Source: Macrostomum lignano (Eukaryota). Taken from it: DNA of 64,000 nt. Below, in pieces: positions 45,800-57,329 of the stretch. The stretch is from contig NIVC01000087.1 in NCBI GenBank assembly GCA_002269645.1, positions 868,001 through 932,000 on the forward strand. The letters are read 5' to 3'. The first letter of the stretch is position 1. Each line of letters begins with the position of its first letter. The notes under the pieces are model-generated. The model searched no databases and had not been told where the DNA came from. It was given only the letters and a program-made list of their open reading frames with translations. A program made the position numbers and the translations under genes.

Positions 45800-47065
45800 A
45801 ACCCTTCAGGGGGATATTGCTTTGATTCCCCAACCCCTACAGGAAGATATCGCGAGATTCCCCAACCCATTCAGGAAGATATCGCGAGATTCCCCAACCC
45901 ATTCAGGAAGATATCGCGAGATTCCCCAACCCATTCAGGAAGATATCGCGAGATTCCCCAACCCATTCAGGAAGATATCGCGAGATTCCCCAACCCATTC
46001 AGGAAGATATCGCGAGATTCCCCAACCCATTCAGGAAGATATCGCGAGATTCCCCAACCCATTCAGGAAGATATCGCGAGATTCCCCAACCCATTCAGGA
46101 AGATATCGCGAGATTCCCCAACCCATTCAGGAAGATATCGCCAAGATTCCCCAACCCATTCAGGAAGATATCGCGAGATTCCCCAACCCATTCAGGAAGA
46201 TATCGCGAGATTCCCCAACCCATTCAGGAAGATATCGCGAGATTCCCCAACCCATTCAGGAAGATATCGCCAAGATTCCCCAACCCTTCAGGAGGATATC
46301 GCCAAGATTTCCCAACCCTTCAGGAGGATATCGCCAAGATTTCCCAACCCTTCAGGAGGATGTCTCTAAGATTCCCCGACCCTTCAGGAGGATGTGCCTT
46401 GATTCCCCAACCCTTCAGAAGGATATCGCCGATAATCCCCAACCTTTCATGAGGATATCGCGAGATTCCCCAACCCTTGAGGAGGATATCACCGAGATTC
46501 CCCAACCCATTCAGGAGGATATCGCCGAGATTCTCCAACCCTTCAGGAGGATGTCTCTAAGATTCCCCAACCCTTCAGAAGGATATCGCGAGATTCCCCA
46601 ACCCTTGAGGAGGATATCGCCGAGATTCCCCAACCCTTCAGGAGGATATCGCCGAGATTCCCCAACCCTTCAGAAGGATATCGCCGATAATCCCCAACCT
46701 TTCATGAGGATATCGCGAGATTCCCCAACCCTTGAGGAGGATATCACCGAGATTCCCCAACCCATTCAGGAGGATATCGCCGAGATTCTCCAACCCTTCA
46801 GGAGGATGTCTCTAAGATTCCCCAACCCTTCAGAAGGATATCGCGAGATTCCCCAACCCTTGAGGAGGATATCGCCGAGATTCCCCAACCCTTCAGGAGG
46901 ATATCGCCGAGATTCTCCAACCCTTCAGGAGGATGTGCCTTGATTCCCCAACCCTTCAGAAGGATATCGCCGAGATTTCCCAACCCTTCAGGAGAATGTC
47001 TCTAAGATTCCCCAACCCTTCAGGAGAATGTCTCTAAGATTCCCCAACCCTTCAGGAGGATTTCG
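45800..47065. repeat. Minisatellite, 31-33-bp unit (GATTCCCCAACCCATTCAGGAAGATATCGCGA) with diverged higher-order blocks
   Basis: Tandem periodicity. Confidence 0.93.
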
Positions 47066-47174
47066 CTGCATGTATAATTCTCTCTATTTCAACACCGCTA
47101 CTCCATAGCTCGCATCTGTGACCCACTTTCCGCGCAATTTTCAGGCTACCTGCAATAGCAATTCGAGAGCAACA

Positions 47175-47567
47175 ATGCTGAGGCTGAGCAGAGTTTGCTT
47201 CGCATTAGCAATTTCGCTGCTTGTAGTTGACATTGGCGCTCCAACTGCAATCTACAAGCTTGGGTGCACTGTGCGGTGCAACTTTACTATGTGTGGCTTT
47301 CCAGCAATCAGGTGCATCAAGTCGGCGCCGCGACTAGAATCCGCCGCTGAACCAACCGCGTTCGGGCAGGTGCAACTTGCGCTGTTATGGCTTATTAACA
47401 CTACTGTCGCCATCTATCTGATCTTAATTATCCTGATGTGCCAGGTGCTGGTGCAGCGTGGCAATTTCAATAGAAAGCTACCGGTTTGCGCCCGTTCCAG
47501 GTATCACGCTAAAGCCAAGAAGCCTACCGTGGCTAAGCCTGATGATGGTGATGTCAGCCATGTTTGA
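47175..47567 (+). CDS. Orphan small type-I membrane protein, 130 aa, single exon
   Basis: Signal peptide MLRLSRVCFALAISLLVVDIGA; 4-Cys ectodomain (CTVRCNFTMCGFPAIRC, NFT sequon); TM segment LALLWLINTTVAIYLILIILMCQVLV; basic cytoplasmic tail. Confidence 0.55.
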   Translation: MLRLSRVCFALAISLLVVDIGAPTAIYKLGCTVRCNFTMCGFPAIRCIKSAPRLESAAEPTAFGQVQLALLWLINTTVAIYLILIILMCQVLVQRGNFNRKLPVCARSRYHAKAKKPTVAKPDDGDVSHV

Positions 47568-47779
47568 CATTTGCATCACCCGACTCTAATTAACAATGAC
47601 TCAAACTGTTAAACAATATCCCAATTGCAAACAGCCATAGCCTGCTTTAAACTGGCAAACAAATAAACTGGCCGCAATGATTTGAGAACTTTAAAGTTCT
47701 ATACCCTATTAGAGGCAGAATAAATCTTCAACTTCTGCTATTTGTGGACATAGTTAATCTGCTGTCGGATCTCGCTGCT

Positions 47780-47980
47780 GCTGATTGGCCTTCTCAAATC
47801 TCTGCTTGGCTGGCCGCCATCCTCATTTTCCGTCTCCTAATCAAGCTCTCTGATTGGCTGGCCGCTACCATTATTTTCGTCTCCTAACCAAGCTCTCTAA
47901 TTGGCTGGCCGCTATCCTAATCAAGCTCTCCGATTGGCTGGCCGCTACCATTATTTTAGTCTCCTAACCAAGCTGAACAC
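47780..47980. repeat. Short ~47-bp imperfect direct repeats containing GATTGGCTGGCC
   Basis: Three to four copies; several further GATTGG motifs out to ~48100. Confidence 0.7.
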
Positions 47981-49178
47981 CACTTCCTTTCTGTCCCTTT
48001 ACTTCTACGAGCATTGATTGGCCGGCATAAGATTCTTTCCCTTTACAAAAAGCTATTTGATTGGCAGTAATTTCATCGCCGTTCTCGATTGGCTGGCCGT
48101 GTTACACTATCGATGGCGCTTGCTCCATTTGCATGTCAATAAAATGTACTAAAAAATAAGGAACACCAAAGCCTCTTCCAATTTTAGATATGGCATAAAA
48201 AGTTTGACGGGTTCTTATTTCTGAAAACAAAAGAGTAAACTTTAAACAATTTAGAATGAACCGGAGCTTTCCCACAGATTGCATCGATGTACCACGGAGC
48301 GTTATTAAAATCTAGTAAAATATTAAAAATAGTTATTTAGAAAACGAGTCAAACAAAGGGCGTGCAATGGTAGGCAAGATAGAGGGCGAAATCTGAATTA
48401 TGCCACCATATTTTTACTATAATAAAAATTTCTGACCCGATGAGCAAAGTTTTGCAATTTGAATCAATAAAAAGTTTCTAAACGGAAGCGAAAGCATTAG
48501 ATTTCTGAGCAAAATATTTCGAATTTGTTATAACAGTAAAACAAGTTGACGAAGTTCACTGCATACAGTAAAAAAATGGAAATTTCGCCACAAGAGGCTA
48601 TTTAAACAAAAAAGCGCCAATTTGAAAAGTTTTCATTTTTAAAAGCTGGCAAAAGAATTTGCGTGCTTTTGCAAGCTTTTTGTTAGTCTATAAATTTCAA
48701 TCGATCCAAGCTGGCAGTTTCTGGCAGTCTCGAACCAACTTCCGAACTATGATATGAAAAAGCGTTTTGCAAAAGCCAAGCAAATCTTTCGCAGCGCAAA
48801 AAAATCTTAAATTGAAGTTTCGATGAGAAAGTGCCGAATAATATTGCTGAGGCAGCGAAGGGCAGGGAGAAGGGCAGGGCAGTAACGGCTATTAGCGTGG
48901 CACTGGGGAGCGGGATTGCTGTGGAAGCACTAACACCGAAGGGAAAAACTAAAAACAATATTTTTTATTCGTTTTTAATAGAATTTTTTTCATTTTTTTG
49001 ATAAAAATGTCGAATGAACAAAATCTAAACAAAAAGATCCGTACGGTAAGCTAAGAGAACAAAGAACAAACAAAGCTTTAGAAACAACGCCGGCCCTCTA
49101 ATTCAAAAGCGGCGCTAGTCCGGTGAAAAATATGCAAATTGCACTTGCGATGCACAAAAACTGTCTTGTTCCCATTGC

Positions 49179-52128
49179 TCACTTCTTGTCGGGCAGGTTG
49201 GTCTTGAAGGTGCGGCGCAGCGGCTTGTGCGAGTACACCTGGTCGGAGCCGTTGCCGTGCCACAGGTTCCAGCAGCTCGGGCAGAAGTAACGAAAGCACT
49301 CAAAAGCGCGGCAGAAGTAGATGCCGGGCGACACGAAGCAGTGGTTGCACATGCTGTCCTCCAGGTACGGGTCGATTTGAATCTGGGATGAAGTTTTTAA
49401 TTAGAAGCAAATAAATGTAACGATTGCAAGCGTGTCAGACTACTGCTGTAAGTAGAGTAAAACAAGTTTTTAGTTAAATTTTTAAACCTCTCGTAATACG
49501 CAGATTTCGGGCGGCTTCAAGAATCTGTTGATAAATATCAGATGAAGAAAACAGAAACAAGCTAAATATATAAAGTTTCTGTACTTTGCTTTCCTTATAC
49601 ATTTGGTTCCAATTGAGTCGTCGTGTTTTGAGCAACCTAAAACCTGCTGTATAGTGTTATGACCATCAAAAAAACAAATTACAATACTAACTGAATGGGC
49701 CGCTTTAGGTATTATTTGTTAAGCGTTCCTCTACCTTCAGTAGCAAGGACGAATGCTTAAGCTATTTTATGAAAAGAAAAACAAAAAGCTCTTGCAAACG
49801 TAAACAGTTAGCTATATTGGTGCAGCCATAATGCACAGGAGGCAGGAGCCAGCGTTACTAAAAATGTACATGTATGTACATCGTGGCAGATTCAGGCTGG
49901 AATATTAAACTGTACGGTGGGGCGGGGGACAGACGTTTAATGAGAAAGAGACCGTCGTAAGAGGGCCTCTGCGAGTTTAACTTGCTAACTGAACTAAAGG
50001 TTGGCTAATCTATCTACCTGTAAACCGGCAAGTAAACAGAATGAACTCTCCAGAGCTTACCGTCTTGGTGAACTTAGCCGTGCGCACCTCGACAAAGTTG
50101 GCTTGCACAGCTTTCATGTAGGAGCGCTGGCTGGTGAAGGCCACCCGGCCGGAGCCAATGGGGTACTTGTACTTGTCAGTGTCCAGGGCGGCGAAGGCCA
50201 CGTTGCCGAACAGGTCGTTCATGATGGTGGCGAGCGCCTCGGCGGTGATCATGCCGTGCAGAGCGCCGATGAACACTGTGCGCTTGGCGTCCAGCCTGTG
50301 CGAGCCCTGCTTGGTGAACTGAGAATCGTTGATGCACCAAGGGATCACCTGCACCTCCTTGGCCTTCATCTTGCTGCTGCTGATCTTGAAATAGTACTCA
50401 CCGATGTTAGTGGCGTCGCGGGTGCACTGCTTGAGCAGGTTGCGCACGGAGAGCTCTTGGTCGAAGATCAGATAGCAGTAGCCTCTCGGTGACGAGCGAA
50501 TCTGCACGTTCGAGGCCTCGCGAGCCGGCCAGAGCACCTGCAGTGTGCCGAAGCGCAGGAAAGCCTGCTGCAGGTCGAGGTCGCTGACGTCCCAGGGCAC
50601 ACCACCGAGAAAGACTTTGCGCGAGAAGATGGCATTTTTGTAGACGCGAACGGGCAGCTTGCCAGACCAGTGGTGGTGCGCGTCGCTCGTAGAGGCAGAG
50701 TTCCGGTAGAAGCTGGCCGCCTTCTCAATCTCGTCGTCGCTGTTTGTCATCAAGTTTCGGTAGAGCGCCGCCATGGAGGACACTTCCTCGTGGTAGTTCG
50801 GCTGGCCGGCTCCACCGCCGCGGGCTCCGGAAGCAGCCGCTGCAGCTGCCAGGGCCAGCGAGGACCCGGCGGCGCCTTCCATCTGCTGCTCCGATGAGGT
50901 GACCGCACGGAGCGACTGGTTTGCTGCGGCCGCAGCAGCGGCGGCGGCAGCGGATGGCGGTCCGCCAGCTCCTGGAGCACCGGGCAGCTGGGCGCTGCTG
51001 CCAATAACCGATGCGGCAGCGGCGGCGGCAGCGGCAGCTGCAGCTGGATTATTGCCCGGCCATTGGTACGGATACTGGCTTCCGGTATTGAACAGCTTCA
51101 GAAGCTCCGCGCTGTAGAGCTGCAGTTGAGTCTCCTGCTGCTGGCGTCTCATCTCTTCTAGCCAGTAGGCCCTGATGAGGTCCTGGTTGAAGCCGGTGGC
51201 CGCGGCAGCTCCCGGTGGCACCAGAGGCGGCTGCTGCTGTTGGCCATAGGCGACGCTTACAGCTGGGTTGCTCAGCAGCTGGGCGAGTGCCGCCTGGCTC
51301 TGCATTTGTGCCTTCTGAGCCTCGGTCAGGCTGCTGGCTTGGTGGTGCTGCTGCTGCTGGTGGTTGAACTGGCGATTGTTGGACTGCTGTTGCTGCTGCT
51401 GGTGAGGCGACTGGTGCGCTTGCTGTTGCTGATGCTGCGCACTCTCGGCTTGGCTCGCCGCGGTTTTCTGCTGCTGCTGCTGTCCGCCTTCGCCGCCGAA
51501 AATCGAGTCGGATAAGTCCGTGCCGCTGGAAATGCCGCTGGAGTCCATTGGCTCGGAGCCCATAGACGTATTGCCGCTCTTACGGCCGCTGTGCTGGGAG
51601 CTGCGAATCGCGCGAAAGCCAGCCGCCTCTAGATTGGTCTTGGGCGTCTGCATAGCGGACGACACAGAGGGAGAGTTGGCTGCCGCCAGATTCATGTTCT
51701 CATTGGTTGGAGTTGGGGTGAGACCCGTGCCCAGGCTCTGGATGCCGAACAGAGACTGCAGCGGATTGGGACTGGCGTAGTGGTCGTGGTGCATGGACCA
51801 GATGCTGTTGTTATTCATGTCGGAGCCTGCGCAAATCCGGGGTGGGTGGGAGACTGGTTTTCAGCATTGAGAAATCAGATGACGAGCGGAAAAGGAATTC
51901 TGTTGCCGCTTTAGCCTAAAATTTGGACAGATGTTTCTTCAACTGTTTGAGCCTATTTAAGTCGGGGACTCGGGGGGGGGGCTTTTTCAAAGTTTCGTCA
52001 CGGTGCAGATTCAATAAATGCGAGACAAGAAAAGGCGCAGACTAAAGCAAGCAAAGTGTGCACGTACTCTCAAACTTTAGCGTCCCAGAGTCGGCAGTGG
52101 AGTCGCCAAGCGTGTGATCCAGAATCAT
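49179..52128 (-). CDS. CPEB1: Cytoplasmic polyadenylation element-binding protein, CPEB1/Orb subfamily
   Basis: Exons 52128-52068 (inferred; phase 1, donor GTACGT), 51826-50061 and 49382-49179. Q/A-rich N-terminus; RRM1 FSRKVFLGGVPWD...RGYCYLIF; RRM2 TVFIGALHG...KYPIGSGRVAF; ZZ zinc finger IQIDPYLEDSMCNHC...YFCPSCWNLWH...HKPL. Confidence 0.95.
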
Positions 52129-55100
52129 GGAGTGAATGAGGCTGTTCAGTCCGCTGTTGTCTTTTCCTTTCTGCAACAAACAGAGACGCAACAAGAGTGT
52201 TGAAAAAAATTGCTATTCTGCGCGTTTTGCCAGATTGTTTTAGCGATACATCACTACAACAGGAAATTAATGCTTACATGTTGATCCATATGCTGGCAAA
52301 GGAGGCGCTGCGCAGACGGTTTTTTATCTCAAATGGCTTCCTAGTTTGGGGGAGTCCCTTTTAAAGCCGTGTAAAAATCGGTATAATTGCAGCCACCCTT
52401 TCCAGCCGGCGCGTTTGATCGATATTTATATGAGGCCGCACAAGTGAAAAGCTGACTGCGAGACTCCTCCACACAAACCCAGCGGGAGGGCGCGGCGGCT
52501 TCCTTTAAAGCCCACCGATAAACATTAGGGGGCTCCCCGCACCCACCCCGTCGCCCCCAATATTCGCACCTTGGCTCAAGCCAGCAGTATATTTTGACGC
52601 AAGCCGGCTCCAGCCTTAAATCGCATGTACATTTCATTTCCCCTGTACAACTAGAGAGGGGGGCTGGTGGCGCCCGTGAAATAATCGATATTTGTTATAT
52701 AATCCACCAGGCCAAGAGCAGGGCCAATCAGAATCAGAATGCTGCTAAGCCGCTGTGTGAGAAGTGCAAAGTAGAATAATAATCTTACACTGCACATTTG
52801 AGTGAGAGTTTACTTCATGATGATAATTGTCGCAAACTAAATGCCCTAACAACCCCAGCTGGAGTTGATTGGGATTGATAATTAACTATCAAATAGATCT
52901 GTGCAGGTTAATTATATAAAAGTTTGTCTTTTAGGTCATACAATGAAAGCATGATAAAGTTAATTAACTTAATTACGACCACAAAGATACGAGATATTGC
53001 GTTCGATCATTTTTATTTTTGAGATAATTTTTATCAAGGCAGAATCAAATTATTGACTATTTGAGTTGTATGTACATGCACACAGCAACGAGAATCAAGA
53101 TTCCATCTCGAAACCAGTAGGTCAACGAAGCTTTCTCAGATCTCAGCTCCAAGTGACGCAATTCACCCCCCCCCCCCACCCGCGGTTCTCGTCTCAACTG
53201 TTGGGCGCATGATGCAATTTGCGTCACAAGGTTTTTAAGATTGGTGCAGAGGAAGAGTTCTAGCTATAGAGTTGGGTTAAAGCTGCCAAACTCAGGTTCT
53301 CTGTCCTCATGAACAAACTTTGTACGAACTTGTGTTACATGTACAAGCAGGAATATACATGTAGTCGGGAAAATTTTCTCCAGGCAATGAAAGTCTGTTT
53401 GCATTGCAAATTTTGCATCTCATGTACATGTACGAGTTACATGTCTTTGGTTGGTTCCCAGATAGAGTTTGATTGTTCGTTTTTTCCATTCCGTATGCAG
53501 TACTAGATCTATTACAAACGACGTGGTACATGTAACATATGAAGTCCAATCTATAGACTATAGTACAAATCCACCTGTACAAATCACGCATAGTTAGAGA
53601 GAAACTTCTCATTTAAAATGCACGGTAAAATATGAATAAAAATATCTTTGCTTGGTGGGTGGAACTTTTGACTGTTGGCGCATTGTCTGGAATTCATTCA
53701 GTGATCTAGTGAACCAGTTCTCTCCGATCGCAACTGCAAGTTACGCAACTCGCGCGGGGAACGGTATTATTCAATTGCTTTCATCATGCAGTTCCTATAG
53801 TGTACAATTGAATAATACCGTGCCTGCAACTGCAGTGTCGGAGAGCACCGGGTTTGGCTTGAGGTGAGTTGAGCCTAGCTGGCACTGTTGAAATCCGCGG
53901 GCAGGGGCAGATAAAGTGCTCAGCGTTTTTACTGCCTGAGCGATAAAAGGGCCGGTATCGCTCCATAGGTACCCTTCGGCTGTCATGCAGGTAACGCCGC
54001 ATCCCTGAGGCGTCAGACAGCCTCCAGATGGCTGTGAAGCCGGTGCCGTCGGTGCGGTTTAGGGTGTCATCATGCACTAGGCCCGAGACAGGCAACTCTC
54101 GATTGACTGCAAACATGCCCTTTCTGGAGCTCGTCGGCAGATTCTAGTGTATTTTCGTATTTCTCTACAGACGAGCCAAACTCGAACACATCACATATTG
54201 TAAAAATGTATTTTTCATTCGCGGAACTACGATTGATTGATACTCTCTCTACTTATAGTAGACTACTACGATTCCATTCTACTTCTACATAAAAATTATT
54301 TGCTATGCAAAACAAAAAATGGATGGAAAGGCTGAATTTAACTTCGGTTTCGACTAACATTTTTAACCCTCCAAACACCAGCTAATTAATTTGTTTAAGC
54401 ACTAAAAAAGTGAAAACGCGTTTTTTATAAATTTTTATAATCTAAGCGTATCGTGTTCGTTCGATCGACGGAGCTAGGGCAAGTTAAACCAATTAGGCTC
54501 ATTCATTAGGTCCCTTAGCCTTAGCCTCTTTAGATCTTGCTAATCACTTAAAACTAATAGGGACTAGGTAGCTTTAATTTTTTAAAATCACAGTGCTACA
54601 GTAGCCCAAATTTCCTAGAAATAGTTTCAAATACTTTTGATAGATCTTATAACATTTTCATTACTTTTGGTTTTGGAATTTGGCCAATTAATAAAAAGTT
54701 AATAAATTTTCTTGCAGGTCCAGGGCATAGGTCCTAGCTTCAATTTTCAGTGTTTTAATGCATTTTACCTATTAACAAATAAGCACCAGGATCATTTTGC
54801 CCAAAAGAGTTAAGTTTATTTATGAAACTAACAGCCTACAAAAAGTTTGCTAAGAAATAGAAAATAAATTTTATAATGATTTTCATGCAAGAACTTATCA
54901 TTTTGTTTAATTTTTAAAATACAAAAACAAAAGCATGTGCCCTGGCTTGATAGTTATGTTAGTGAATGTCATAGGCTTGGCTTGTTAGCTAGGCCTAGGC
55001 CTATGCCTAAGGCAGGCCTATCCTGTAGTTTCACATGTTAGCTAATTTATTTTTGCTGAAAATAATAACTTTTAAGTGGCTTTAAGCTTAGTAAGTGACA

Positions 55101-57329
55101 GCATAGAAAATAGAGAACAAATATAACATATTATCAAGTGTCTACTTTTGTTTATTAAATGCATTTATTATAATCATGCCATTGTCAATCATCAACTGAA
55201 CTTTGTGAACCTAGTGGACCCATTTGTCCATACTATCACCATCAAGGGCAGGGCACATGGGCTCACATGAAGGCCAAATTTTGCTAGATACATGGTATAT
55301 CCCATAGTTAGGAAGGTGGCACAGTGTGCGCCAGAATAAATTTTTTGGGACCATCTATGTGCTGTCTATGCACCATCTATGCGCCATTTGTGCGCCGTCT
55401 ATGTGCCATGTCTGTGCCCTTATTTTATGTAATTTATATAAATTAACATAATTTATGTATTTTATATAGATTATGTATTTTATGACAAATTTACAAAATT
55501 CTTAGAATTCATTCATACCAGTTTTATGCTAATAAAGATTCTATTCTGATTCCTTATGCACCAAAGTTGTGCATAGGCCTAGCATTGCATATGTCAGAGA
55601 CTTTATGCACTGCAATTATGCGCCGCATGCGCTAGGGACCTCAGTGTGCGCCATGATTGTGTGCCGCATGCACCAGGGACCTCAGTGTGCACCATGATTG
55701 TGCGCCAAGTGCGCCAAGGACCTCTTGTATGCGCCAGAATTTTCCATGGCAAAGGCCACTTTCCTGACTATAGGGTATATCTAAGAGATGTCTAATGGAT
55801 AAATTTATTTTCAAATTGACTATTTAAGTCACTTATAAAAATACCTATGGCGGTGCCCTTTCCCAAAACAAGACCTTTGAGAACTTCCTCTACTAGGTGT
55901 CTTTTAGCTGCAGGGCAGTCCAAAGATACAGTGGGAAGGTGAACGTTGCCTATTTTATTATCTACTGGATGTCACATTATTATCTATTATAGACTAACAA
56001 AACTAGATAGTTGATTCCATGTTACCCCTTATTATTTATTGTCATTTACTTAAAGTTATTTAAAAGTTAAAACTTATTATTTTCAATAAAAATAATTTAA
56101 TGTACAAAACTATAGGATAGCCAAAAGCTTCCTAGATGTCCATTGGAATTGCAAAGTTATTTTTTCTTTTTAATTTATATTTGTTTTATATATATATTAT
56201 TTTATATAAGTGATTTAAACTATCAAGCCTATCAATTAAATATTATTGTATTTTTTGCAAAAAACTTCAAATTTGCTTTTTGCATACATATTGGCAAGTC
56301 ATAGGATAGGACCTTTACCAAATTCCCAAACATTAATATTAGCATAGTATAAGATATCATATGATAGTCCTAAAGTAAAACTAAGGCATAGGAAGTTTTG
56401 GTAATTATTTAAGGTCTAGAATCATATTTATTTAAGCAAGTATAGGCCAATTTAGGCCTATCAATTTTTTTAGTTAGGCCTAAGTTTAACTGCATATATG
56501 TTCAACCTCTTTGATTTATATTGGCTATACAACTTACTTTTTTTTACAAAAAATGCAATTTATCAATGAAAGAAACCCTAGGCTAGAACAAAAATTAACA
56601 CAACTTTGGATAAATGGCAAGAGTATTTAACTGTCTTATTAAGTCTAAATGCCTCAATCTAATTAAGTACTATATCTATAAGTTGCATAAAGTCTTTACT
56701 GATCGATTTTATGGCTATGGTTAAATAGTTAGGCCTTATTAATAACTATATTTAGCCTACAAATACTAGAATAACTAGATTGCCATCTAGTTATTCTAGT
56801 ATATATGACTAGGCCCTAAGCTAAAAGCTTAGACTTGAACCCTGGCTTAATGTAATTTTGATTTTATCATTTTTTAAAACTTACATACAAAATTTAAGAT
56901 ACCAAAGTTGATATGTCATGATATAAAATCGCTCCATAGGTAGTAGTATAGAATTTGTACTATATTAGTAGGCCTACACAGTAGCATAGAATTTGTAAAC
57001 TATATTAGTAGGCCTATAGTAAAACCATTTTTAGTATACAGGAAAATCCATCCAAATATACTAAATCTTTATTTAATGCTTATTAACTATGCTTTAAATT
57101 TAACTAGGAAGATGCATTGTATTCATAATAGTAATCAGTTCTTATCTTAAAAAATAATTTTAATAGTCTAAAACCCAGGCTATGTGGCCAATAAGATCCA
57201 AAATTGGTTTAGATAGATTTCTTTAATTTGAACATCTATTTAACTAAATTTAAAAAGGACACAATGATTCTGAAATTACTGTATGGCCAAAGCCTAACAA
57301 GTTTATTTAGCATTGCCAACCTGTTTTGA

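Noticed and set aside
53784-54145. GC-rich exon-like minus-strand ORF (…DGTGFTAIWRL…)
   Set aside because: No recognisable family and no partner exons could be linked; left uncalled.
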